Both the position numbers and the translations under genes were made by a program. Below, piece after piece: positions 50,992 through 63,531 of a stretch of 64,000 bases of DNA; position 1 is the first letter of the stretch; each line of letters begins with the position of its first letter. The notes beneath the pieces are model-generated. The model did not search any database. It was not told the origin of the DNA and was given only the letters and a program-made list of their open reading frames with translations. This DNA comes from Dudresnaya verticillata (taxonomy: Eukaryota). The stretch lies in NCBI GenBank assembly GCA_977862235.1, contig OZ374565.1, positions 744,001-808,000 of the forward strand, in the 5' to 3' direction.

Positions 50992-51640
50992 TGTGATGCA
51001 AGGGGGCTGAGCCCCATTTTCGCTCTGAGCGTGTGATAAGCCGTCGACCGACGGGCAGTCCCAACCGCTGTTGGCGCGCACGAACACGTCACGGACGGTC
51101 GGCCCAACGGCGTACGGACGCCGCAATCGTGCACGGGCATGGCCGCTCAAGCCCTGTACGTCCGGCGGGGCACGCATCCGGATCACCAATCGGGATCTAA
51201 GAGGTGTAAGGCGCGCATCTGTAAGTATGGCCCAGATCCGGATCTGATCTAGATAGGACATCGGGATTACCCATCGAGATCCGCTACAATGTAAGGCGTG
51301 CACCTGTAATGACCACGCGCCATCAATGCTGGTGGGGATCGGAATCCGAATCCGGATCGCTTCTACCGATACGCGGGCGCGCCTGTTTGCCACTCGTTAT
51401 GCGTTCGCACACTTGTAAGCTACTCCTTACCCGTGGGTACGCGGCTGTATGACTACGACGACGTGTCAGACGCGCGGTGGCGTGACACGCGTCCCGAGTT
51501 CCCGCGCGCCACGCGACGCCGCCGCCGCCCGCATCGTAGCTATAGTATATTAGGTAACCCGTCTGGGGCGTTGAGTAAATCCCGGCAAGGCGGCCCCGGA
51601 CCTGAAGGCCCTTCGCTAGTGCGTACTTCTCGTTACCAAC
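50992..51640 (+). repeat. Left part of an ~888-bp LTR (3' LTR of C), interrupted by element B
   Basis: Starts TGTGATGCAA after the PPT. The matching inverted end TTGCACCACA (9/10) lies at 63520-63529. No second copy in the window to confirm it. Confidence 0.72.
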
Positions 51641-52315
51641 TGTGGTGAAGTGAAAGGCACACCTGAAAGGAGAGCTGATCAGGCAATCCCAATAAGGAGT
51701 GATCTCACACTGCACCGGGGTGGTAGAGCTTAGTTCGTAGACCGAAGGGAGTACCTCGAGCGGCAACACCTGTAAGGAGTAAAGGGACGCAACAGACAAG
51801 GGGGACGGTATAGTGCCAGGACAGCTACACCGGAACGGAGGTAAGAGGAATCCGTGTACGGGGCTGGCGAGGGGAAACCGTAAAGGAGTATGAGGGTAAG
51901 GCTTAGGGTAAGTCACTTTGCCCAGGGTTGCGTACCCGTTTACTGTAGGACTCGTGGTGGCCACCCATTAATATACCGGGAGATACGCCCCGCGGTCCGG
52001 TCCCTGTGGGCCAGACCCCAATGGGTCTGGTCCACCAGGTGGGTCCGGCCCTACTGGTCCCGGTCACCGTTGCGGACATGCTCGGCATTCTTATTGGCCG
52101 GCTGACACTACGTACTGTACAGCATGATTACAATTACCTAATTACAAATAAATCAACTACTTGACTCCTATTGGTGGTGCGCGCAGACTCCAGCAAGGCG
52201 TACAGTGCCACTGTGTCGCTGCACTCCGTTTCGGCTTTTGGCGCCAGCTCACCACTGTGCCGGGCGCGGGTCGGCTCAACCGTCGTCCGCACTCCAAAAC
52301 GGCCGCTTCACCACA
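51641..52315 (-). repeat. 3' LTR of element B (675 bp)
   Basis: TGTGGTGAAG...CTTCACCACA perfect 10-bp inverted ends; 5 substitutions by eye versus 62611-63285. Confidence 0.97.
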
Positions 52316-52330
52316 GACCCCCCTCCTTAA
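52316..52330 (-). promoter_or_regulatory. Polypurine tract of element B
   Basis: Minus-strand TTAAGGAGGGGGGTC abutting the 3' LTR. Confidence 0.8.
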
Positions 52331-53049
52331 ATGGCGACACGTCCTCGTGCGCCCCAGCACGTCTTCTACGACTCCACTCAGGTGTACCCAACAACAGAGA
52401 GAGCCTCATCGGCACACTCCACTTCAGGCAGGTCGACCAACAGACTGGTCCAACCCGGTGTACCGCTAGCAATGGCGGGCGGGAACACCGACCGCGCACG
52501 GAGCCCATTCCAACCGACACGGCGTGCATCGTCGGTGGGAGCGGCTCCGGCGCCGGAGGCAGAAAAGAGAGGAGGCGGCGGACCCGCGGACACCATAACG
52601 TGAGTTGCGGCGGCAGCGGGCACAACGCCGACGCTGCCAGCACGCGCGGGCAGCCCGAGGGTGCCGCGACGGCGCGATGACGGCGAGGCTCAACAGGCGC
52701 CGACTCCGCTTCCGGATCGACAGGTGGGGCCGGGCGCACAACGGCCCGGTTCTTCCAAAGGTTACGCCGAGATGGAGTTTGGGAGATATCGTCGTGCAAC
52801 TCCGCATGGGCGATATGATGCGTATGCGCAGGGTCTCCAGGTTGGTCAGGTTGGAGGTGGAGTAACCTCACCCCCACTCCACTTGGGTGTCGGCGGCGGA
52901 CCGTCGGGTTCACTACCATACGCACCGGAGACACCGGGGAGTAACCACGGGCGTGTGGACTCGACGGGTACACCGATGAGGGGACTTGCCCAGGCCGGGA
53001 GTATGATCACCGCACCGGACGGCGTCAGCGGACCGAGGAGGAGCGCGAT

Positions 53050-55109
53050 ATGGTGCGTCTCCCCATGCCCGTATCGGTGTTCGTTTCCAACTATGGTGGC
53101 ACCCTCGAGGGGCGTCGATACAGTGCTGTTACTGACGCCGGTGGGTTAATCAACAACAAGCCATTTCCGAATCGGCGTGAGGAGATGTGGAGAGCCAGGT
53201 GGATTCACTCAAACTGCAGAGTGCGAACTCCAACCGGGTGTGACATCGTGTGGCTGAGGTGTCAGGAAGAAGAAGGCTATCCCGATAGGGTGTGCCGATT
53301 GTTGGCTATGGCCCATCGACTGCGAGAGCATCCTGTTGGTGTCGAGTTCCTGTGCTACGAGAAGCCGTATGACCAAGGGGTTCACTGGTTTGCGAATCCG
53401 CGACGGTGGTCCGACGACGCACCGAAAGAGCATCGCCTCCGGTTGCGGAGTAGAGATGGACGCCGACTCGGAAGGGCGATACTCCACACTTGGAACTCCA
53501 ACGAATTCTTCCAGGTGCCGGCGGGGGCACACCGTCAATTGTATTGCACCGCTCCGGATTGGCGGGCTGAGTATGAAGTCATCCGTTGGTTGTCAGTGCC
53601 AACGCCGACGGTAGTGGCGTACTTCTCCAACCGGTTCATTCAGCATCGCGACTGGCAAGCTGCACACCCAGGCGGAGAGAAGTCTTTCGACCATCCGCTG
53701 ATGACGGTGTTGGGTCGCATACTCCGATCGGAATGGGCCATGTTAGTCCTCTTTTCCTGGTTACAGGTCACCTAACGGGGTGTAAGAGCCAATACCAAGA
53801 TGCCCGACTGGAGGGCGTACCCGCGGAGCAGAACGGATCCGGAAGGTGGCGAGTGCGGACGCATATTCAAGCTACCCGGGCCGGTGGTCACCCTTATACA
53901 CCAAGTTGGAGTAGACCGGTTAGTTGAGGGGACCGAATACCCCTTGGCGCGCGTGGAGCGTCTCTTCGCGGTTCACGCAGACACCAATTGGGAGCGGACG
54001 CCGGGGTTCGTCGGTTATCATTGGAATGACGACCGCGTGCTGTCGGTGCCGCCGCTCAACCCCGGGTGTGGCATGGCCTATTTCCTATTGGAAGAAGACC
54101 CCGAGCCAGCGTGGTTAATCGACGAGAAGATGTCAAGGTGGCACGCGATGCGCTCCCGCTCGAGGTTCTACCCCATGACGAGATTACACCGGTGGGGGTT
54201 GACGAGATTGAGAAGGGGCGCGGGGACCCAAGGGTCCTCGTGCCAAGAGAATCCCCTGGTGGAGAAGCCACAAATGTGTGGGGCGACCGCACGACTTCAT
54301 CGCCCAAGAAGACCGTAACGGAGTCTCCTCCTGTAGGAGCGGATATCGAGGCGCAGGGGGGCTTGTCGGGGGTGGCTGCAGCATCCACACCAATCGGCAC
54401 TTCGGAACCGGCTATCTCGCCGGCGGTCGACAAGAACACCAAGTTGGACAAGGCGGTGAATACCGTAGCGGTAGTTCGTCAGAAGCCCATGGCGGTAGCT
54501 GCGGCCGCGGCTAAGTTGGGTCCCGTCGGGGAGCACGACGACTCCGAGATGGAAGAGGACGCGACACCAGTGGGGGCCGACCAAGTGGAGGCACTCGCGA
54601 CAACACGGCTTGGAGTAGCAGTGAAGACCCCCACACCGAAGCGGGGTGAGGTTGCCAAACCGGTGTCGCCCGCGTCGAGTGACTCCGTGACGTTTGTGGC
54701 CGCTGCGGGTCGAGGTGGAGGGCCACCCCGTCATGTTAACCCCGTGACGGTGAACCAAGAAGAGGGTGCCCCTAAGGAGACGACGAATTGGACCGAAGCG
54801 GAGTTGCGCGTAGATGGGGCTGCCCTGCAGCGACTCCGCGAAGGGTGTAGAGATGCGGGTATTCCCCTTCCGGCGTCGGCGAACGAGGCCATTAACACCG
54901 CCGTGCTGTGGGTAGGGCGTCTGGGGCGCCTACGGCGTACCATTCGCGCTTTGCGTCGACGCATGGCAGACACCGGCAGGAGACTCACCATGATTACCGC
55001 GAGGGTATATGGTGAAGATATTCCCGACTTGGAGGAGAGTGCGGCAAAAGAGGAAGATACGGAGGCTGTCCTGGCACCACCAGCGAAGCGTCCCCGAAAT
55101 GCGGTGTAA
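53050..55109 (+). CDS. Antisense accessory ORF of element B (in-frame TAA at 53773-53775, one frameshift near 54150-54300)
   Basis: ORFs 53050-53775 and 53800-54318 share a frame; 54066-55109 is the tail. Core APDWRAEYEV...PTVVAYF...SEWAMLVLFSW...GRIFKLPGPVVTLI. Ends PPAKRPR. AATAAA at 55130-55135. True start probably upstream. Confidence 0.78.
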
Positions 55110-55300
55110 GCGTAGAAATGCCACTTGTCAATAAAATCTTGTGACTTTTGTGAGCCCCCCTTCCACTGGCGGAGGGGAAGTGGAATAACACCACTGTGGA
55201 GTGAGCTCCGAAGTGGCGGGGGTACCCTACACCCTACAAGGCTTTGCGTCAAGTGGGCGACCACCTCATACCAGAAGTGGTTGCTTGCTTGCCGCCGATT

Positions 55301-55462
55301 CACCAATATGGAGTAGAGCCCCTTGGGCAAGGGTTCTGTGGTCCCAGAGTCCAGAGGTCATGCCCATTTTTTACCAACGTCAAGCCACCAATATGGAGTA
55401 GAGCTCCTTGGGCAAGGGTTCTGTGAACACGGAGTCCACGGGTCATGCCCGATTTTTCCAAA
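55301..55462. repeat. Two-copy 85-bp tandem repeat between the converging pol and antisense ORF of B
   Basis: CACCAATATGGAGTAGAGC[C/T]CCTTGGGCAAGGGTTCTGTG...GGTCATGCCC starting at 55301 and 55386. Confidence 0.88.
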
Positions 55463-55491
55463 CCCCTACTGCGTTGGTGAGTAGCGACTGG

Positions 55492-58400
55492 CTATCGGCG
55501 CGTGGAAGCTCTGCGACGTCGAGCTGCAGCGGCTGCCGTGCGCTTTCTATTCCAATAGCGGTGTATGAAGTTTTGCGGCAACTCCTCAGCGGGTTCATAC
55601 GTGTCCTGGTCTGGTGGATAACCGTACCAACGCACCTTGTAGGTCATGCCCGTGGGTTCCTCGCGGTGTCCCACGATCTGCTCGATGACATACTCCGTGT
55701 CGGCATCAATTGTTTCCGGCACGGGGACAGAAATATCGCCTGGCGTTTGGGGCGTTACAGTAATACCACCTGGTGTTTGGGGTACTACTGTGGTGTCTCC
55801 CGCCTGCTGGAATACTGTACCGTCCACGTCGGTATGTGGCGTAACCGGCGGAGCCAATAGTGGCGCCGGTTGCACGGGAACTCCAATTGGTACCTTAGTG
55901 ATGCGATCGATGCTGATGGGAATCAGGACGCCATCCTTCTTGATAGTGACGACCGTATCCGTTGCAGTGTGCACCTCATAGGGGCCCGTCGATCTTGGGA
56001 GGAGCTTCTTCATTTGCTCTGCAAATTCACCGACGTGGTCAGGGCCTTGACCCAATCGGTCGCGTTCTTTCCGTTCGGTGGGCCGTAGATTACGCGGCGG
56101 GAGATCTACGTAGACTTGATCGCCACCGCGAACCACCGGTCGGAAGCGCACCTTACGGTCGAATAGGGCCTTGGACTTCAACTGGGCTGTAGTCTGTTTG
56201 GTCTGCGCCTTCTGTAGGGCATAACGCAAACGCCGCATGGTTCCCCGTTTTTGGAGTACGGGCGTCATACGCCCCTCCGTAACGGTTTCTTCCCACTCCA
56301 CAGGGGTGCCACGCACAATAATATCCGATGGGTGTCGAGTTAACACCAAGTCGAAAGGAGTAGTATCCGTGATCCGGTGTATCTGCATATTGTAGGAGTA
56401 GGTTAACGGCTGTAGATATAAATCCCAATCGGTGTGGTGATCCTCGACGTAGTGTCGGAGACGCTGCGCTATGGTTTTGTTAAACCGTTCGGCTTGCCCG
56501 TTGGTTTGCGGGTGGTAGGCGGCGGTCAGCAAATGCCGCACTCCGAGTAGGGCACAGACAGTGTCGAAGAACTTCGCCGTGAACTGTCTTCCATTGTCGG
56601 TGAGTACAAATTTAGGTGCGCCATACGCATACACCCAATGGTCTAAAAATGCGTTCGCCACCACGACGGCTGTAATCGTCCGTAACGGAATGCACCGTGT
56701 TAGCTTAGAAAACCGATCGGTGATGACCAGTACAAAGACATATCCCCGTTTGGTTTTCGGCAGCGGGCCCAATATGTCCGTAGCGACAAACTCCAGTGGG
56801 CCACTCGCGGGAAATAGCTTCATGAACTTCTGATGCTTGAACCGCGTGCCCTTGGTTTTGACACATGAGCGGCAACTCCGAACGGTCTCGAATACATCGT
56901 TAGCCATATGTGGCCAATAGTAGTCTCTCCGTAAGGTGTAGTACATCTTAATTCCACCAGGGTGTCCCGACATCAAGGTGTATTGGGCAAGATACAGGAC
57001 CCTGCCGCGCATCTGTTGCGGTACCACCTTTTGGAGTGCGCCGTCGAGGGCAGACTTGCGCACAAGAAACCTATGTCGGTCGTAGTCAAATTGTGATCCA
57101 GGGGATCCCACCGATTCGGCTTTAAGCTTACAGAAAGTATCTGTTGCTTGCCCGCCTATGAACTCCTCACGGGTAAGGGTCTCATTACGCATATCCTCTT
57201 GTTGGATGACCGTCTGCCGGAGTGGAGGGGGTGGTACTGCATCCTTTTCAGGCGTAGTATCCGTTTCGGTGTCTCCACTTTCAACGCCTAGGACAAGGCT
57301 GCTTGCGGCATCAGGCTGCTGGGTCTGTTTCCAATTGGTTAGTCGCACACCATGTTGCACTACACCATTAGGAGTTGATTCCATAATGAAGCAAGGCACT
57401 TCCTCGTCCAGTTCAGCTTTGTCAGCACCACCTGTTCGGAGTCTTGACATACCGTCTGCGAGTTGGTGCTTGATACCACGGCGGTATTGTACTTCGAACT
57501 CAAATTCCGATAGGCGTAGGCCCCATCTTGCTAAGCGTCCAGACGCATCGGCTAAACTCAATATCCAGCGTAATGCGTCGTGATCCGTACGGAGTATAAA
57601 CTTTTCACCGTAAAGGTAGGGGCGTAGAGTTAGCATACTCCAAACGAGAGCAAGGCACTCCTTTTCCGTGGTTGTGTAATTCTTCTCCGCATCGATTAGA
57701 CTTCGGCTCCAGTAACCCACTGGTAGATTATCTCCACTAGGTTGCTCCTGAAGAAGGACACACCCAACTTGGTAATCACAAGCGTCGGTATTCAACGTAT
57801 ACTTGAAACCATGACGGGGTAAAGCCAACATTGGAGGGGAGATTAGGTGTCTCTTTAACTCCTCAAAGGCGTTAAACTCCGTTTCGGTGAGAGTTCCAAA
57901 CTCGAATACCAGACCCTTGCCGGTTTTCTTATTGAGTGGCGAAGCAATGCGTGCGAAATTAGGAACGAATCGTCGATAGACGTTACATAACCCTAGAAAA
58001 GAGCGCAACTCCGTTTGGTTTGTAGGTGGCTTAGCCTCCTTAACGGCGAGAATATTCTTCCGTTCCACTTCCAGTTGGCCCGGGCGCACTATGTGGCCCA
58101 GATACTGTACGGAAGTGTCAAAGAAGGCACACTTTGATAATTTCAGCGTTACACCTGCGGAACGGAGTGAGTACCTCCTTAAGGTGTTCGAAATGCTCCG
58201 TGACGGTGTTAGAATATACAATCACATCATCCAGGTAGACTAAGGCAAATTGCCATTTCACCGTAGATAGGATGATGTCAACCGCCCGTTGGAAAGTAGC
58301 CGGTTCGTTTTTGAGCCCAAAAGGCATTCTCCGGAAGCGGTATAATCCATAATGACTGGTGAAGGTAGTTTTGTCACGCTCCTCCTCGGGGATCTCTACT

Positions 58401-59832
58401 TGCCAGTAGCCACTATTACAACCCAGAGTGGTGAATACTGTAGCTTCTCCAAGGGAGTCGATACATTCATCCATCCGGGGTAAAGGGTATGAATCCCGAA
58501 CGGTGACAGCGTTAAGACGCCTGTAATCGACACAAAACCGCATGGAGCCGTCCTTTTTAGGAACAAAGACCACAGGTCTGGCCCACTCCGAAGCGGATGG
58601 CTCGATCACCATAGCGGACAACATACGATCCACTTCTGCCTTCTCCAGCCCGCGCTGTTTATGTCCTGCCCGATATGGTGCTTGATACACCGGTTTGGCA
58701 CCAGGCATTAATTCAATACGGTGTTTCGCGGCAGTTATATTTCCTAACTCTCCGTTCCACATAGTACTGAACTCCTCAAGGAGTGTAACCACCTTAGCGC
58801 GGAGTTTTTCATCCTTGGCACCAATATGGATGTTATTTTTCCAATCGGTGTCAGGGGTTGTAGTTGATTCCGATGCGGTGTTTCCTTTGAATCCATCTTG
58901 GGGTGTAGCCTTGCTGCTTTCATTAGGAGGAGTAGGAAAGGAATTAATATGTCATGCCCCCTCCTTAAATGGAGGTACACCGTTAACGGTGAGTATGGCA
59001 GAGGGAGCAGCAGTAGCGAGGCCCAGGACGGTAGACTTGGGTAACCGCACCGGTTTGGGGGAACATTAGTAGCCACACCTTAAAGGGTTTGTTAGGGATT
59101 ATATCCATAAATCCATTACCCATAAGGGTGAGGTGCTTATGGATGGGTTTGGGATGGTTTGAAGAAAACACAAACCACCGGTAGGAGTGGTGACCATTGC
59201 AAGGGATTGGGTCATAGGGGGATAATAAGGGATTTTGCTAGTCGGAGCTTTTGCGATACCGAAGCGGATGAAACAGGGGGGCCCTGAAGAGTAGAAGCAG
59301 CCACCGTTTTGGAGTGTCTGGTTTGTCCCATTAGCGAAACCGGAGAGTGGTGATGAAAAACAACTTTCCGTGCCGGTGGGAGGATCGCCTTGACATGGCG
59401 ATCAATGAAACTCGTTCCCAGAATACACGGAGCAGCGAGGTTCGCGACCACCAGGAAGTGGACTCGAGTACGCAATTCTCCGATACGGACAAAAAGTTGA
59501 ATGACACCAAGAGGGCGTATCGACCTATTGGACGCATCCCGTAAAGGTGGGCTGGCAGCGGGGCGAATCAACGACAACCAGTGGCGTGGAAGCCGTCTGG
59601 CGTTAATGAGATTTGGCCCAGCACCAGAATCCAATACGGTGATGAGAGGTAACATGAGGTCATTACTCCTTCCCACGGTAATCTGGATTTTATAATTCTG
59701 CCGCTGTAGGACACAGACAGAATCACCGGGTGGTGGAAGTTCAAGGGGGATTTCTGGAACAAAATCAAGGGGGTACTCCGTAATGGTGGCAGACTGACAG
59801 TACGGCAAAGCCCGTATTGGTGGGCGTACCAC
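55492..59832 (-). pseudogene. pol: pol of element B (PR-RT-RH-INT-chromodomain), few disruptions
   Basis: LDSGAGPNLI (59212-59832); YLDD (58118-58792); 909-aa ORF with RNase H, integrase core, GPY and chromodomain EYVIEQIVGH...YKVRWYGY...DTYEP. Confidence 0.96.
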
Positions 59833-59858
59833 GTCGCATTGAGGAGACGGGAACGCCC

Positions 59859-62446
59859 TTACACGTCTCCTGCGACGTTTTCCGGGTCGGGGTGCGCCAT
59901 AAGTGCCTCCTCCTCCATTTCAGCTGGGGGCTCGCCAACCGCACCACCATCGACAGTCAGCACCCGTGCTGGGCGTTGCTGGTAGTTGCCCGGCGGACGA
60001 TTTCCCGTATTGGAGTTTGCAAAGGCCTGCCGCTTGAGGAGGAGCGCTTGATAGTTGCGCTCGCGCTCTTCCATCAGGGGACCCCTTTCGGTGTCGCTCA
60101 GATACGGACAAATGACATGGTCCGGGGAGAGGCACAAGCGACAGTAGCCGCTTCCATAGAGGCGTCGGACATCCGGTGAGGTGTGATCCGTATGCTCTGC
60201 AGCAGGGGATTGTTTTCCAATACGGTGTTCGCCCTGCCCTTGACGGGGAGGCGTGTTGTCGTGGGGGTGTCCAATATGGCTGGGATGCTGCCCGGTGGTT
60301 CCCTGACGGTGTGTGGCGGGGCCGTAGCGGCTGTCAGCCGGTCCATAGCGGGGTTGCCGGGGTGGTGGCATCCGTGGCGCTGGTGGGCGAAGGTTGGGAG
60401 TCCGAGGCGGAGTAGGGTAGACGCTACTCGGTGGGGAAGAGTACGCTGTAGTAAACGTAACCCCCGACGAGGTGCCGGCGCTACGACCCGCGCCACCTTC
60501 CAAAGCGAGCACGTGCTCCTCCGATTCAGCGGGATACTCCGAGTAGGTGTAGTCCGATGGAGAACCAATTGACAGAACGCCAGAACGGCGTGACTGACTC
60601 TTAGGTTTTCCGTCGAAGACGTGCACCGCTGAGGTTTGGCGTCTGGTTGCCCGATGGGATTCTCCGAGCCCTTTTGCGTAGCGGGTGATGGCTTGGAAAT
60701 CCATGTGGGGGTGTGTTGCCAGATAATTGCGCATCTGCTGACACGTTCCCGGTAGGAGTCCTTCCACAAACAGCGACTTGAGGGACCTGTCGGAGAATAC
60801 TGTACCGCATCGGAGTGCCTTAGTCCAAAGTTGGCTAGAGAATTGCTCTTCCGTTAAGGCCGACGTTTGTCGAAAAGACGTTACGTCCGAATACCCTTCG
60901 GCAATCACCTCATCGGTAGCACAAGTCCTTAGCAAAACGTTCACCACTTCGGTATAGGTGCGAAGCATCTCTGCTTGCTCCTCGTCGACCGCCATGGTGC
61001 CACCAGCGAGACGGGCTTGAAGCAAAGCTTCAGCCTGTCCACTTAAAAAAAATGGAATCACCACAGTGCGGCTCCTTCCGAAACGGAGTTGATGTTGCAC
61101 GCATCCTTGAACTTCGCGAGAAATCCAAGGACCGTGATGGGGTCTGTACCGTTAAAGGAGTGGGACTTCATTTGCACCTCCAGCTTTTTGCGGATACGTC
61201 CCATATTCTGGGACAAGCTGGAACTGTAGTAAGAACTCCTTTTCTCCAGACGGTATGTTCGGAAATCCAGCGCCTTCACGAACCTGTCGTTCAGGGGCCG
61301 GATCACCTTTGGGAGTGGCCTGTCGACCTCTCGGTGTTTGGCGTCGTGTTTTCTGGCCCGACGCCGCTCGTCCCTATCCGTGTCGGAGTAGCTCGTATCA
61401 GAGCCAGAGGAATGGGAGGAGTCATGCCCTCTTCGTCGCCTATGGCGCGACTTGCGCTTATTCTTCTTCCTATTGCGGTGTTGGCTATCATCGGATTCCG
61501 TACCGGAGTGCTCTTTGTCCCGTCGCGAAGCGCGTTTGCTCCGTTGCGAACGGTCACGTTCCTTATCGGAGTGGGAGTCCTTGGCCTTTCTGTCAGCACT
61601 GTCTCTACCACTCCGGTCTTGGTTTTTCTTGGAGTCACCATCGGAGTGCTCACTGCCTCTACGCGAAGCCGCCGGCACGGTGATACGTTCCCCCGCAGGC
61701 ACTTCTGCGGGTCCAGGGACCGTACTCCGATTCGGTTGGGGTTGGTGTGTTGGATCCAATTCGGTGTATTGAGTTTGGGTAGGTAACCCAGGGGCTGCCG
61801 CTGTCCTTACCGGATCGGGCGGAAACACCTGAGTGGGGATTTCTGGCATATACGTCGTTTCTCCCTTGACCGGGAAGTTGTTCCGTATCGGTGTAGGTCC
61901 AGAAAAGGGCTGCTCCTTGGGTCCCGGTAGGGGTTGTCCGGGGATGAGCATCTGCTCGATCTCCGACGCCTGACGCTCCTGACGGATGAGCGTCTGTACC
62001 AACTCCGGAAGGTGTTTCTCCAGGTAGGAGCTAACAATAACCGGAACGGTGTCGGCGAGCGTGGTCTCAACCTCCTTGACCATGTTGGGTTGCACCTCTA
62101 TACGGAGATGCTCCAACACCCGTGGGATGACTTCCGAAAGTATCCAATGGACACGATTGGAGTCACCTGGCTCGGATACACCCTTGCGGGAAGTGTCAGA
62201 ACCAGGTCGGGATCTAGAGAGCTTACTGGCTACACCTTTAAGGAGTTCTTCGGGGTTCTCCATACCGGGGTTCAGGTCGGCAGCATCGCCACGGCGTGTT
62301 CTTGTGGCTGAAGCTACCTCCGGTTCGGTGGGCTCACTGCGGCGTGTTCTCGCAGTAGAGGGCACCTCCGGGACGGTGTTATCGTCACCGCGGCGTGATC
62401 TCGCGGTTGACGGCACCTCACCTTGATCCGATGCGGTAGGGCCCAT
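59859..62446 (-). pseudogene. gag: gag of element B (one frameshift near the 8-A run at about 61045-61052)
   Basis: ORFs 61058-62446 and 59859-61100. FRTYRL, FNGTDPITVLGFL, knuckle variant CRLCLSPDHVIC, and three N-terminal EV[PA]S..R.RR peptide repeats. Confidence 0.9.
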
Positions 62447-62585
62447 GTGTTCTTCTATTCTTAGGTTACCAAAATGGAGTCAACGGGTGTTTTGCCTTGT
62501 ACTGCCTTTACACCAATACGGAGTTGTCACGAAGCTGACCTCCTATCGAAGCGGAGTCCAACGGAGATTCTTCTACCTTGACGGC

Positions 62586-62604
62586 CTTCTAGGTCGGGAG
62601 ACCA
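62586..62604 (-). promoter_or_regulatory. Primer-binding site of element B
   Basis: Minus-strand TGGTCTCCCGACCTAGAAG, 6 nt from the 5' LTR. Confidence 0.9.
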
Positions 62605-62610
62605 AAAAGA

Positions 62611-63285
62611 TGTGGTGAAGTGAAAGGCACACCTGAAAGGAGAGCTGATCAGGCAATCCCAATAAGGAGTGATCTCACACTGCACCGGGGTGGTAGAGCT
62701 TAGTTCGTAGACCGAAGGGAGTACCTCGAGCGGCAACACCTGTAAGGAGTAAAGGGACGCAACAGACAAGGGGGACGGTATAGTGCCAGGACAGCTACAC
62801 CGGAACGGAGGTAAGAGGAATCCGTGTACGGGGCTGGCGAGGGGAAACCGTAAAGGAGTATGAGGGTAAGGCTTAGGGTAAGTCACTTTGCCCAGGGTTG
62901 CGTACCCGTTTACTGTAGGACTCGTGGTGGCCACCCATTAATATACCGGGAGATACGCCCCGCGGTCCGGTCCCTGTGGGCCAGACCCCAATGGGTCTGG
63001 TCCACCAGGTGGGTCCGGCCCTACTGGTCCCGGTCACCGTTGCAGACATGCTCGGCATTCTTATTGGCCGGCTGACACTACGTACTGTACAGCATGATTA
63101 CAATTACCTAATTAAAAATAAATCAACTAATTGACTCCTATTGGTGGTGCGCGCAGACTCCAGCAAGGCGTACAGTGCCACTGTGTCGCTGCACTCCGTT
63201 TCGGCTTTTGGCACCAGCTCACCACTGTGCCGGGCGCGGGTCGGCTCAACCGTCGTCCGCACTCCGAAACGGCCGCTTCACCACA
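62611..63285 (-). repeat. 5' LTR of element B (675 bp)
   Basis: Near-identical direct repeat of 51641-52315. Confidence 0.97.
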
Positions 63286-63290
63286 CCAAC

Positions 63291-63529
63291 GAAGGCAACT
63301 GCGCTGCTCCGTCCGCGGTTCCGCGTCAACCTACGTCCCAGACGCGCCTCTCTCTTTCTCTTTTTCACTTCCTATTTGTTGCTTTGTTTCCAACTTTACC
63401 GCCCGGGGCGATTACAGTCCGCCCTCGGCGTATTTCCTACGTTCTACTACATCCTCGCTACCAGCATGCTACACACCTGGATCGAACTACCCGGAGGTGC
63501 TACTCGTCGCTAGACGATTTTGCACCACA
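63291..63529 (+). repeat. Right part of the LTR begun at 50992
   Basis: Follows the TSD of B, is pyrimidine-rich like the 3' parts of the other LTRs, ends TTGCACCACA and is followed by a PBS. Confidence 0.78.
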
Positions 63530-63531
63530 TC

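Larger units (their letters stand above)
40467..51640 (+). mobile_element. Element C: chromodomain Ty3/Gypsy retrotransposon, 5'-truncated, with antisense ORF; its 3' LTR is split by element B
   Basis: gag, PR, RT, RH, INT and chromodomain on +, antisense ORF on -, then PPT and a TG-initiated LTR at 50992. No 5' LTR found. Confidence 0.88.
51641..63285 (-). mobile_element. Element B: full-length chromodomain Ty3/Gypsy retrotransposon (11,645 bp) with an extra antisense ORF
   Basis: 675-bp LTRs, TSD CCAAC (51636-51640 and 63286-63290), PBS, PPT, and gag-PR-RT-RH-INT-chromo on the minus strand. Confidence 0.97.
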
